64,000 bases of DNA from Heteronotia binoei (GCF_032191835.1 NC_083243.1:80042001-80106000), one strand, 5' to 3'; counted from the stretch's first letter, positions 48,607 to 59,849 are shown. The notes: generated from the sequence alone by a model not told the origin. A program made the numbers and translations.

Positions 48607-51600
48607 CTAGAGGGAACTATGTTCAAGATCACATCCCGGACCCTGTAAATTATTGACAGCCGCCAAAAATGGTGCCCAAATGTCCTCGAATTGTTGTTGT
48701 TGCATCATTCGTCGGTAGACCAGCCTTTCATCCACCGCCAATCGCAGCATGTCCTCTAACCATTGCGCTACGGTTCCTGAAAAATCTGTTCTCCACGTCT
48801 GCATGATTATCCTCTTTGCCGTCATCAGTGCCCGAAATCCCCAATATCGCTGTGGGCGAGACAACACCCATGTTGACGGGAAGTGGTTTAAAAGAACTTG
48901 CATGGCTGTAAATCTGTGCTGACCTCCCAATACGCGGTTTATCCACCTGAGTATATCGCCCCAGAAATCAAGCAGCACCGGACATGCCCAGATCATGTGG
49001 CTTAGCCCCGCTTCACTTCCCTGGCATCGCCAACATGCTGGTGAAGTCAAGAGGTTAAATTTATGTAGTCGAACAGGTGTCCAGTAAATACGGAAATGAA
49101 TTTTTTGCTGAATTAATATCAAGCGTTGATCTTTAGAAACTTTTCGGATCGCCCTGTTAATTGTGAACCATTGGAATGGTAAAATATTAAGGTTCAGTTC
49201 ATCTGCCCATTTTACCCGTAATTCTTCAATTAGCTGTTGTTGTTGCGTCCCATATCGAAAGTGCGTGTACAGGGCTTGCACTGGATTATCTTGTTGCCAT
49301 GTCCGCCTTAATACAGCTAAAAGGGATGGTGGATCAGGGGCCGCCAAGGCATCCGGACCCAGCAACTGCGTCAGCGCCGTCTTTATTTGGTAATAATGTA
49401 GCCATTGGTTAGATTCAAGATTATACTTGTCTTGAAGCTCCTTAAATGTCCAGAATTCTTCTCTGTTTGGGTCTCGTAGATGATCAAGAGATGTTATCCC
49501 TTTTTCAATCCAACCCTTCCAGACCACTTGGCACCCTCCAATCCTCAATTCTGGGTTTCCCCAAAGAGTCATTGATCCATGTAAGAAGGCGTTAAAGCCT
49601 TGCTTAGTACCTATTAGCTGCCATAATCGCCTGGTGGCCTGAACTGCTGGAAGCAATACTTCCCCTTGGTGGTGCTTCGAACCCAAAACCTCTAGCGTAG
49701 AAAGAGGGGCCACTGTTGAAGCCTCGAGGGCCACCCAGTCTGGAGATTCCTTCCCTACATCTTGCCTCCACTTACTAACACTTGCCAACATATAGGCCCT
49801 ATGGTATGCACTTAAGTCTGGCATACCAAAGCCACCTTGATCAATTGGGAGCTGGAGCCTAGCCAAGGAAAGTCGCGGCCTTTTCCCTTCCCATAAGAAG
49901 TTTGTTATTAGAGTATTGACTCTTTTAAACCACTTCTGTGGAATATACTGATGGAGACCTCGGAGAACATAAAAGAAGCGGGGGAAAGTAACCATCTTGA
50001 GGGCATTCACTTTACCCCACAATGACAATGGGATGGGTTTCCATCGGTTAAAGTCAGCTTGTGTTTTCTCCAGGAGCTTTCTAAAATTCTTCCCCACTAA
50101 GTTTTGACTTCGATTGGGAATTTGTATTCCTAAGTATTGAATCGAGTCCTCCTGAAGTCTAAACCGCCTTCCCACTGCCTCAGGAGTCTTCTTGCCGCCC
50201 ACTTGGAGTACCTCTGTTTTCCCCCAATTCACTTTGTAGCCTGCAAGTTGGCCAAATTCTTCAGTAAGCTTAATAATTGCTGGAAAAGAGGACTCTGGCT
50301 CAGTCACCATCAAAAGGGCATCGTCTGCATATAACAGAATTTTAAATTCGCTGAGACCGTGCTTCATACCATATATGTTCGTCCTTTGGCGCACCGCCTG
50401 GGCGAGAGGCTCAATGCAGATGTTAAACAGGAGTGGGGAAAGCGGACACCCCTGTCTTGTGCCGCATGCCAGATCGACTACTCCGGACTGCTCTCCATTG
50501 ACTCTAATTCTCGAGGTCGCATTCTGATATATCAACTGGGTCCACCGAAGGAATTCTACCGGAAAGCCCAGGTATGTCATCGTCTTCCTCAGGAACCCTC
50601 TGTCCACACGGTCAAATGCCTTCTCAGCGTCAATAGAGATTAGAAACGCAGATTCCGGCTTCTCATTATAAGTGGCTATTAAGTCAGTAATTAACCGAAC
50701 ATTATCAGCTCCCGAGCGACCTCGGATAAAGCCTGCTTGAGCTCTGTTCACCACCGAAGCTATTACTGATTGAAGGCGTTGTGCTAATATAGCCGTCAGT
50801 ATCTTGTTGTCAACATTTAACAAGGATATTGGGCGATAGCTTGAACAGAGATATGCGGGCTTCCCCGGTTTAAGAATCAGTGTAATCCAAGCCGCATTGA
50901 ATTCTTTTGAAGGCATACCTTTGTCAAAAATTGCTTGATATGTCTTCAGCAACTTAGGAGCTAAGATATCCCTGAATCGGAAATACCAGACCGGAGAATA
51001 CCCATCTGGCCCCGGGGCTGAACCATGTCGAAGTGATTCTATTGCAGCCGTTACCTCATCCAATCTTAGGGGTGCTGAGAGGATCCTTTGAGCCTCTTCC
51101 GACAGTTGTGGTAAGTCAAGCTGACGTATAAAGGCGTCCTGTTTGTCATCTACCTCTTTAACATGACCCTTGTACAGCTCTTGGTAGAAAAGGCGAAACT
51201 GGTCTGCTATTCCAGAAGGTGTAGCATGAAGACTTCCCCTGTCATCAGTAATCTGAGTTACCCATCTCTCTTCCTGTTGGCCCTTTAACCTTGAGGCTAA
51301 TATTTTCCCCTGCCTTTCGCCGAACTCCCAATACTGGTGTTTTAACTGGGCATATATAAGTTCAGACTTGCGTGACTTGAGCAAATTCAGTTGAAAAGTT
51401 GACTGTTGAATTTTCGTGTAGAGGGCTGGAGACGGATTCCGAAAGTACTTTTCCCATAAGTCTTTAATTACCGTCTCTAGCTCTTCCTCCCGTTGGGCTC
51501 GTTCTCGTTTCTTTGCTGTGGCATACGCAATTATACGACCTCTCATTACTGCTTTAAATGCTTCCCAAACGGTTAAGTAGTGATCCACCGATCCTTCATT

Positions 51601-52419
51601 ACTCTGAAAAAACTGTGGAATCTCCTTTTCCATCTGCGCACAAAAAACTGGATCATTAACTAGTGAGTTATTAAAGTACCATGTAGACTTCTTCTCAATC
51701 CGATTTCTCATATCCAGTTCCATGGTAACAGCATGGTGATCCGAGAGGGAAAATGGGCAGATTTGGGAATTCGTGACCAGGTGAAACCTTGACCTCGAAA
51801 TCAAAAAGTAATCAATCCTTGCCATACTCTGGTGGACGTGCGAGTAGTGAGTAAACCCTTTTTGGTCTTTATGTTGTTCTCTCCACACGTCCACCAAGCC
51901 TAGCTCCTTCATTGCTGCCGTTAGCGCTGCCCAAGCCCTTGGGGACCTTAGATCTGACTTAATACTTCGATCTTTTTCATTATCTAGGACTAAGTTAAAA
52001 TCTCCACCCATAATTATCCAATCGAAATCCACTTTCATTAGAATAGAGACCACATCCTTAATAATGACAGGATCATCCTTATTTGATCCATAAAAGTTTA
52101 CCAAGGCAACCTTTTGTCCATACATTAAGCCGCTTAGGACAATGTAGCGTCCCTGAGGATCAGAAATCTTCATTAAGTTACTCCAGCCCAAGCGTCCTCG
52201 AATAATTATTGCGACACCGCGGGCATTCCTCTCATATCCTGAAGTATAGACCTGGTCACCTTGGAATTTAGCCAGCAAGGAGCTTTCATTGTCCAAAATA
52301 TGAGACTCTTGGATTAATACTATGTCCGCATTCCGAAGGACCTGAGTCCTTAAAACCATCGCTCTCTTCTTAGGGTCTCTAAGGCCGCGTGCATTAAGCG
52401 ATGCTACTTTAACTGACAT
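48607..52419 (-). CDS. L1 ORF2p: APE endonuclease, reverse transcriptase and CCHC (1270 aa)
   Basis: EN motifs LNARGL, IQESH, GGDFN, RIDYFL and SDHHAV; RT motifs IDAEKAFDRV, GTRQGCPLSPLLF and LYADD; CWRC..SHMIWAC. No stops. Confidence 0.97.
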   Translation of the reverse strand: MSVKVASLNARGLRDPKKRAMVLRTQVLRNADIVLIQESHILDNESSLLAKFQGDQVYTSGYERNARGVAIIIRGRLGWSNLMKISDPQGRYIVLSGLMYGQKVALVNFYGSNKDDPVIIKDVVSILMKVDFDWIIMGGDFNLVLDNEKDRSIKSDLRSPRAWAALTAAMKELGLVDVWREQHKDQKGFTHYSHVHQSMARIDYFLISRSRFHLVTNSQICPFSLSDHHAVTMELDMRNRIEKKSTWYFNNSLVNDPVFCAQMEKEIPQFFQSNEGSVDHYLTVWEAFKAVMRGRIIAYATAKKRERAQREEELETVIKDLWEKYFRNPSPALYTKIQQSTFQLNLLKSRKSELIYAQLKHQYWEFGERQGKILASRLKGQQEERWVTQITDDRGSLHATPSGIADQFRLFYQELYKGHVKEVDDKQDAFIRQLDLPQLSEEAQRILSAPLRLDEVTAAIESLRHGSAPGPDGYSPVWYFRFRDILAPKLLKTYQAIFDKGMPSKEFNAAWITLILKPGKPAYLCSSYRPISLLNVDNKILTAILAQRLQSVIASVVNRAQAGFIRGRSGADNVRLITDLIATYNEKPESAFLISIDAEKAFDRVDRGFLRKTMTYLGFPVEFLRWTQLIYQNATSRIRVNGEQSGVVDLACGTRQGCPLSPLLFNICIEPLAQAVRQRTNIYGMKHGLSEFKILLYADDALLMVTEPESSFPAIIKLTEEFGQLAGYKVNWGKTEVLQVGGKKTPEAVGRRFRLQEDSIQYLGIQIPNRSQNLVGKNFRKLLEKTQADFNRWKPIPLSLWGKVNALKMVTFPRFFYVLRGLHQYIPQKWFKRVNTLITNFLWEGKRPRLSLARLQLPIDQGGFGMPDLSAYHRAYMLASVSKWRQDVGKESPDWVALEASTVAPLSTLEVLGSKHHQGEVLLPAVQATRRLWQLIGTKQGFNAFLHGSMTLWGNPELRIGGCQVVWKGWIEKGITSLDHLRDPNREEFWTFKELQDKYNLESNQWLHYYQIKTALTQLLGPDALAAPDPPSLLAVLRRTWQQDNPVQALYTHFRYGTQQQQLIEELRVKWADELNLNILPFQWFTINRAIRKVSKDQRLILIQQKIHFRIYWTPVRLHKFNLLTSPACWRCQGSEAGLSHMIWACPVLLDFWGDILRWINRVLGGQHRFTAMQVLLNHFPSTWVLSRPQRYWGFRALMTAKRIIMQTWRTDFSGTVAQWLEDMLRLAVDERLVYRRMMQQQQFEDIWAPFLAAVNNLQGPGCDLEHSSL

Positions 52420-53815
52420 CTTAGTTCAACCTCTGGTCGTTCGGCCAGGGGCCAGAGAGCAATCCTCCTCCTCCCAATCCATCTTGGCAATGCTACTGCA
52501 CCCCGTGTATAAATCCCCTCCATGGCGAACCTACGCCCTGGAGGGTAGTTTCCCCCACCTGTTCTTCGAACTTCCATGTTAAAATCCAGAACAAAGCAGA
52601 AAACAAACAAACAAACAAACAAAAGAAAGGCAATCACCCCGGGCTAGTACACAAACAAATTGAATCTTCTCATTCCTTTCAACGTCCAGCCATGCCTATA
52701 CAAAGTTTACCCTAAAATTAACATCCTGCAAATTCCCTTGTTTCACGCATCTTGCCCTCAACCCCTCCTGGCTCTTGCATTAAGCTAATATAAGGTTTGT
52801 ATTCCGTTTACATGAGTTAACCAACCCTAAATAGCCTGCTTTTCCCTTTACATTCTCTTCAAGACGTGTATAACCTTGTATTATCATTAATTAATTATCA
52901 TTAATTAACTAGTATTACTAGAATAACCATTAGGCATATATCATTGAGGGTCTCTTCCGCCTAGTCTCCAGCACATGGTTGATAACCAAATCTAAATAAG
53001 TAATTCATAGGAATAATTCATCTGTAGCGCAGACCTAATAAGCAATAAGCACAAACTAAATTATTCCCCACATGCCATCCATTAATTAATCAGTGTTGGT
53101 AAGTTACTGGGTTAAACACTTCGCAGCATTAACAACCCAGCTGGAGAGTGCATTCAGAATTACCTTCAAAAGCATAATTGCAAACAATTGCCATGGTGGG
53201 GTTCATAAACACAGATCCTCTATAAGCCTTTAAAATTATGCAGCCACCCAATTCCGTTAATCAGGACTTCATAGACGGAAGGGTAGTCAGGTGCCCAGGA
53301 AACTATAAATTACATTCCTTTAACCAGTCCAAGCAAATAGGGTTTTAGGTCACTACGTCATTAATTATTGTCCCCCTGGTATTAATACAGATCCAACATG
53401 AGAACCCCAGGTGGAATATGTCCAGGGTCCTAGCAGGTCTTGTATATAGAAAAAGCCAGATCATCAAGTCAACTTAATGCAAGGGGAAAAAAAAAAAAAA
53501 AGAATAAGAAAAACTTTATTTTAGTGTCCTCCACCTTAGCACTTAAAGGGAACTTGGAAACAGCGTGAAGGAAAACCATTATAAGGACACATGCGAAGGG
53601 GGGGGGGAGGGGGACTATTATCTGCATTCAGTATAGGGTGTCCAACAGGAAAAAGGACATGGAGGAAGCTGAGAGAAGACCAAAGGGTTTTGAGTAGTGG
53701 GGATAGTAAGCAAGAAGGAAAGAAAGAAGAGAAGAAAAAAAAAAAAAAAGGAACAACCACCACCCGGCTTTAATTGCAAGAATCCAAAGACTGTCCATGC
53801 TTCACGGCACAAGCC

Positions 53816-54703
53816 TCAAGTGTCCATTGTTTCTGATACAGTCTCTCCTTCAATATCACGTAGATAGTCTTCTGCAGTTTGTGGGGAGTAAAATAGGACT
53901 CTTCTGCCATTACGAATCAGCACCAGTGTAGACGGGAAAAGGATAAAGTTCTCCACCTTTAATTTCTGAGCTAATTCCTTGGCTGTCTTGTATGCACGAC
54001 GCTTTTGAATTATTGCGATTGGGAGATCTGGGTAAAGTGAAAAAGAGGCTGGATGGCCCTGCCAGGAAATGCCCTCCTCCATAGATAATTCCCGGAACTT
54101 GCGTAGGACGAAATCACGCGTAGACACACGCACAAAGGAGATTAACAGCGTGGATCTTATTAACCCTTCTGGACCTGGTCTGATAAGTCGCACCACGTCA
54201 GCAATTTCTAAAGGAAACTCCACTGGGAGCTTAAGGAGATGGTGGAAGAAATTGTTTGCAAATTCAACCAGCTCTGCTGGGGCCCGAGCTGTCAAATCTT
54301 TGAGTCCGACTAAACGCAAGTTACGGCGTCGAGTCTGCCCCTCTAGAACGTCTACCTTCTCACGTAGGGCAAGGACCTCCTTCCTTGTTTCATCCGCTGC
54401 TATAGCTTGTTCGGCCACTGTATTTTCTATAGCCACTACTTTCCCCTCGCACTGCTGCACTCTGTTTAAAGCCTCGGCAGTAATTTGCTGTATCTGCTGC
54501 AGCTGCTGAGTTATTTGTAACGGGAGAGACTCCATTCGTGCTGATAATGCATCTATTTTCCTCTCTAGCTTCTCCAATGAGGAGCCCTCTGATATAGAAG
54601 CTACCTCAGCCATTAGAGTCTCCTCTTCACCCTCGGGGTCGTCTTCAACCCCCCTTCTACCCCGTGTAGCCTTCTTTCTTTTTGGCCGTAGTCTTGGAGG
54701 CAT
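53816..54703 (-). CDS. L1 ORF1p (295 aa): basic N-terminus, coiled coil, RRM/CTD
   Basis: LEGQTRRRNLRLVGLKD and LYPDLP..IIQKRRAY...ILFPSTL are typical vertebrate L1 ORF1 motifs. It lies upstream of ORF2 on the same strand. Confidence 0.92.
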   Translation of the reverse strand: MPPRLRPKRKKATRGRRGVEDDPEGEEETLMAEVASISEGSSLEKLERKIDALSARMESLPLQITQQLQQIQQITAEALNRVQQCEGKVVAIENTVAEQAIAADETRKEVLALREKVDVLEGQTRRRNLRLVGLKDLTARAPAELVEFANNFFHHLLKLPVEFPLEIADVVRLIRPGPEGLIRSTLLISFVRVSTRDFVLRKFRELSMEEGISWQGHPASFSLYPDLPIAIIQKRRAYKTAKELAQKLKVENFILFPSTLVLIRNGRRVLFYSPQTAEDYLRDIEGETVSETMDT

Positions 54704-54717
54704 CAGCTGTAAAGAAG

Positions 54718-55161
54718 GGGGGAGGAGGGAGGAAACGTGCCGTGCAAGCGTGGGGAAATCTCCAGTCCTGGCAGCTTAGCCCAAACAGAATTCAGGAGGA
54801 GACTTAACCCCACTGTTCACCAGGTCTTACGAAAACAAACAGGAAAATTTAATTCACTTATCTGTCCAAAACCACTCTAATTGCCAAAAACGTCCCGAGC
54901 TCTTTTGCTGTAGTTTTGGAGGCTTCGGCTGTGATGGAGGGAGGGGGAGGAAACCTGCCGTATAAGCGTAGGAAATTCTTCGCTTCTGGCAGCTTAGCCC
55001 ACACAAAGTTCAGAAGGAGACTTGACCCCACTGCTCATCAGGTCTTGCAATAATGGTGTGAGAAGACGCGGCTGGTGGAAGCTCCGGGCGTTTTTTTTGC
55101 TAATTAGAGTGATTTATGGACAGATAAGTGAATTAAATCTTCTTGTTTGTTATTGCAAGAC
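54718..55161 (-). promoter_or_regulatory. L1 5'UTR with two diverged monomers (about 220 bp apart)
   Basis: GGAGGAAAC.TGCCGT...GGCAGCTTAGCCCA...CCCCACTG.TCA.CAGGTCTT occurs at about 54728-54830 and 54945-55046. Confidence 0.8.
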
Positions 55162-55261
55162 ACTGTGTGACTGAAGGTGAGCTGTGTATATTGAAGAAAA
55201 TATTTTTAAACAATATGCTCATTTTAAAAAGTGTTATGTTAAGCAGAGCTTCAGCCTGAAA

Positions 55262-55607
55262 CAGGCCCGTAGCTATGGAGGGGCCAGGCCCCACAAATCA
55301 TCCCTGTTTTACCTTTTTGGCCCCTCCACCATTGCTTGCTGCCATCGCTCTGCTACTGCCTTCCCCATTCTCTGCCACCACTTTGCCTTCCCGGCTCTCC
55401 TGCCACCTTCCCTACTCTCCTGTGGCTTTCTCGCTCATAAACACACTGGTGTGCACACACTCTTGGAGTACCACCATGATGGCTCAGCAGGGGAGCAGGC
55501 TGCGCAGGTTTTAAAAAGTTTGTGATATCAGTTTGTGCCTCACAGCCCCCCACCTACAATTTTATCCCCTGCCCCCCGCCATCTAAAATTTTCTGGCTAC
55601 AGGCCTG
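55262..55607. mobile_element. hAT MITE (346 bp)
   Basis: TIRs CAGGCCCGTAGC / GCTACAGGCCTG and TSD GCCTGAAA/GTCTGAAA. Confidence 0.85.
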
Positions 55608-56799
55608 GTCTGAAATGTTGAAGTGTTAGTATTAAACTTGTGCATACCCTCAGTTCCTGACATTTTGTGGTTGGTTTGGCCTCCTGTGAAAGCATTTTGT
55701 AGTTGGCTCCACCTCATGAGGCAGCCATTTTGTAAGTGTGCCTAGCACCCTGTGTTATAATTCCAAAGGTGCCCGCAGACTCAAAAAAGGTGGTGACCCC
55801 TGCACTACTACAGGCCAGGCAAAATAAACTTGGTTACTTTAACACACCATAAGATACAACTAAGATATTTAGTATTCACACAGCTTCCTTCTAGTTTCAC
55901 CTGCAGTGACTTTCCAGTCCAGTTTCAGAGCAGGTTTATAGACAGAAACTGCTCTAGCTGTCCTGGTGGATGATCTGTGCTAGAAGAAGAAAAGGAAGAC
56001 TGCGATCTTCCTAATTCGCCTGGACTCAGCAGTTTTTGATACTGTTTGCACTACTGTTTTAGATTGCTTCTTGGGGTTCAGGACAAGGGACTTGTTTGTG
56101 ATGGTTCTCCTTCCAGGATAGGATTCCAGGAAGGAGCTCAGGGAATTCTGAATAGACTGCTGTTCCAATCTATGGAAGTTCTACTAAGCAGTGTCAGTTT
56201 GGCCTCTGTGACTAAGTAGTAGAAGAATCATTGTGGGGAAGCCTCAGATTCTGCTGAGTCTAGCACTAGGAACACAGTGCACATCCAACTTCATTTCCCT
56301 TCTTCCTGACTTGTGTTTTAATTTGATGCCCTGTTTCGTACATGTATTTTATTATGCTGTTTAAATTGTTAGTCATCTTGGTGGCCATGACTGGGCAGAA
56401 AGTTGGGATATATATGTTGTAAACAAAATGAATATTTATTTATCTGGATTTATAGCCCGCTCTCCCTGCCAAAGCAGGCTCAGGATTTCTCCTTCATTCA
56501 TGTGAAGCAAAGATGCCTCTATGCTTATGCCTAGGATCAGTAACATGCTGGAAGACAGTCATTAGAATTCAATGAATAAACTTAGTCTAGAGAGAATAAA
56601 AGTAGGCCCGACTGGTTTCTGTACTACTGTCATTTTGATGCCAGGTCGAAATGTTTCTCTTTTAATTGAAGTTTTATCCCATCTTTTTTTGCGGGGGGCG
56701 GGGGGGACTATGGCCTATATACTGTTCTTTTTATGACTATCACTGTTTTATGAGTACTTCTGAAACAACTTATTACTGCCCTATGATCTTTATGCCCCC

Positions 56800-57261
56800 T
56801 AAAGGTCTATATAGTCAAAGTGATGGTATTTCCAGTAGTAATGTGTGGCTGTGAGAGTTAGACCATAAGGAAGGCTGAGCGCAGAAAAATAGATGCTTTT
56901 GAGCTGTGGTGCTGGAGAAGAATCTTGAGAGTCCCTTGGACTACAAGATCAAATCAGTCAGTCCTAAGGGAAATCAACCCTGACTGTTCCCTGGAAGGTC
57001 AGACCCTGAAGCTGAAGCTCAAACACTTTGCCCACAAAATGAGAAGGAGCAGTCCCTGGAAAAGACCCTGATGCTGGGAAAGACAAGGCAAAAGAAGAAG
57101 GGGACGGCAGAAGATGAGATGGCTGGACAGCGTTACTGATGTAACTAACATGAATTCGAGCAGACTTCAGAGGATGGTGGAAGACAGGAGGGCCTGACAT
57201 GACTTTGTCCACGGGGTCGCAAAGAGTCGGACTTGACTGTGCGACTGAACAACAGCAACAA
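56800..57261 (+). mobile_element. Bov-B LINE 3' fragment (decayed)
   Basis: GTCTATATAGTCAAAGTGATGGTATTTCC...GGACTTGACTGTGCGACTGAACAACAGCAACA, collinear with 2962-3560. Confidence 0.92.
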
Positions 57262-59032
57262 AGAGGTTTTATCAATAATTTGAAAGTTGGTTTTATTGTT
57301 TGCTTGTTTTTGTTTTGTTTTTGCTTTCCTAGCCACATTGAGTAAGTCCCTCAAGAGCTGAACCATACATCTCCTAAATAAAATAAATAGTGGGCTACCA
57401 GTAGACCATCTGTAAGTGGAAAAGGTCAACTGGCTCTTACATATAAAATGAATTCACTCATGACATTTTTCTGCTGTCTTTCACAAAAATGGGCACAAAT
57501 GTGTGCATAACAGACAGGAATGCACTGCAAACAAACATGGTCAGCAGGCCAAAACTTTCCTCCATCAATATTTTAAACATATAAGGCACTTTAAAGTATG
57601 CAATCTTGAATAACAACATTTTTCAATACATCCCCCCCATCTTTTAAGAACATTTTAAGGAAAATAAGGCAGTTCTAATGGCCTATGATAAAGATAGGAA
57701 AGGGCAGGTTATCTCTTCCTATCCATTCTAATGGAAGACAAGCAACCACAGCAAAAAAAAAAGGGGGGGACTGGGAATGGTATTTTTGGCACAGAAAACA
57801 TGCAGCTACTTCTAAAATACTACAGAGGACTCAAAAGTCCTTTATAGGTGGTTATTCCAGTAGAAATGAAACCAAACATTTTGTCCTATTTTGCATACCC
57901 AATGTGAGGAAATTACATTTCCCCAACACTCAAATCCAGTGTTTCTGCTCCTAGGAAAATGCAACTGCCCTCCAAAGCAAATGTTCACACCTACCCACTA
58001 TCATTAAAATTACTATGTAAACTCATTGAGTGCCACTGGACAGCCCTGGACATCAGATGATACATCTCCGTAGACATACTGAAGACATGATGACATTAGA
58101 TTGCTAAAGCTAGCTGAATATTGATAGATTCTCTGGTATGGTGAGCCAGTAGTCTGTATTCTATTGTAGCAGAGTACATTTGAGTGCTAAATGCAGCAGA
58201 GCTTCTCTTTGTTCTGAATGTGCTAGCCGGTTAACACAGTTACACAGAGCCACTTGTCAGTTTCAAATTAATGAGAGTTCTTTATTTAGAGAACTTCATT
58301 CTAGACAGTAAAGATGTGAGTTAGAGACAGGATCTAGCTCTTCTAACTACCTGGATGGATGCAGATGGAGGTTAATGCATGGTGCAAAGACAGAGAGCAA
58401 CATGCCTCCTTTTGTGTGTGTGTGTGAGAGAGAGAAGAGTGAATGGAAGGAAGAAAGGCAATTTCCCTGAGAGGTATCAGTCTACACATCAAAGGGACAG
58501 AAGCAGAAGGGTAAACAGAAAGGAAAACCTCAGTTTGCTTGTCTATCTGTTTGACTCTCTTGTAACTCCCCTCCGGAGGTTGAGGTGTCTGAACACAGCA
58601 TCTGGTCCTTCTCTTCCATCAGATAACACATCTCCATAGTCATAAACTGAAGACATGTAGTTAGATTGTCAAAACTAGCTGAATATAAGCCTGCCTAATG
58701 CCCAGAAGGGAAACTACTCAAGAATGATTAATATCAGGAAAGACAAGTAGGAACTCACAAGAACTTGCAGGGGGCATCTCATTCCCACCCCCCTCCCACT
58801 ATTCCACTTCATCTGAAAGGGCCCATAGCCTTTCCACTTGCCCAGCCTCCTTTTCTCCTTCCCACTCACTAGCCAACTTACTTTTATCTGCTCCCTGTCT
58901 TCATTTTTTTCTCCTTCCCTACCCCTGGGAGCCTCTATACTGAAAAACTTTGGCCCAGTTGCATGGTGGGCAACCTGCAAGGACTTGTGAGGGAGGACCT
59001 CATTTCCCCCTTTCTCATCTTCCCCATGGCCC

Positions 59033-59240
59033 TTGGTGACAACCAAAGAGATTGATACCCTGATTGGCAGATTTAGAAAGGGAAAAGCACTGGGTCCAGA
59101 TTTTATACTTCCAGAATTACTAATGGGCAATGTTGACTGGAGGGCCTCCCTTTTAGCTCTAGTATTTACATATATAGATTCAACTGGAGATGTTCCTGAG
59201 GTTTGGAGACAAGCTATTATTGTCCCTTTGTATAAAACTG
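59033..59240 (+). pseudogene. LINE ORF2 fragment (pre-RT region, clade uncertain)
   Basis: GKALGPDFILPELL...LALVFT...GDVPEVWRQAIIVPLYKTG matches the KAPGPD...W..AIIVPIxKKG motif. Confidence 0.7.
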
Positions 59241-59567
59241 GGCACAGAGGGGCCCTGATCTCTGTTGGGAGCTCATTCCACCAGGTCAGGGCCAGAGCTG
59301 AAAATGCCTGGTCCTATTAATTGAAGCTAGATGGACATCTTTTGGGCTGGGAATTACCGGTAGATGTTGACTGACTGAATGGTGGACATAACAAGAGAGG
59401 TGGTCCTGCAGGTATGTTGATCCCTGGCCGCTCAGGGCCTTAAGGGTTAAAATCAACACCTTGTAATGGAACCAGAACTCTTATTGACAATCAGCTGAAT
59501 GCATACCTGCAGAGATGTTTCAGATAGCAGGCTTGCTGCCACATTTTGGCAGAAAGGGAGAAAGAAG

Positions 59568-59849
59568 GAGAGCCAGTTTGGTGTAGTGGTTAAGCATGTG
59601 GACTCTTATCTGGGAGAGGCGGGTTTGATTCCCCACTCCTCCACTTGCACCTCCTGGAATGGCCTTGAGTTAGCCATAGCTTTGGTAGAGGTTGTCCTTG
59701 AAAGGGGAGCTGTTGTGAGAGCCCTCTCAGCCCCACCCACCTCACAGGGTGTCTGTTGCGGGGGGAGAAGATATAGGAAATTGTAAGCCGCTCTGAGTCT
59801 CTGATTCAGAGAGAAGGGCAGGGTATAAATCTGCAATTCTTCTTCTTCT
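59568..59849 (+). mobile_element. Squam3-type SINE
   Basis: Full head, body and TTC tail. Confidence 0.9.

Larger units (their letters stand above)
48372..55160 (-). mobile_element. Full-length L1-clade LINE with intact ORFs
   Basis: Poly(A) tail (T run at 48372-48385), 17-bp TSD CACTGTGTGACTGAAGG (48355-48371 and 55161-55177), ORF1, ORF2 and a repeated 5'UTR. Confidence 0.97.
47581..55802. mobile_element. hAT MITE expanded to 8.2 kb by three nested insertions
   Basis: CAGGGATCCCCAA / GGTGACCCCTG TIRs and diverged TSD AACTAGTA/CACTACTA. Contains a CR1, the L1 and a second MITE. Confidence 0.7.

Noticed and set aside
49163-54509. Plus-strand ORFs antisense to L1 ORF1/ORF2 (for example 54069-54509)
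   Set aside because: Shadow ORFs of the coding strand, with no independent evidence.
55020-55042. CTGATGAG in the L1 5'UTR as a hammerhead core
   Set aside because: No following stem II or GAAA, and the other monomer reads CTGGTGAA.
58079-58686. Hammerhead ribozyme at the CTGAAGA motifs of the duplicated module
   Set aside because: No stem II closing onto GAAA. A splice-acceptor reading on the minus strand fits better.
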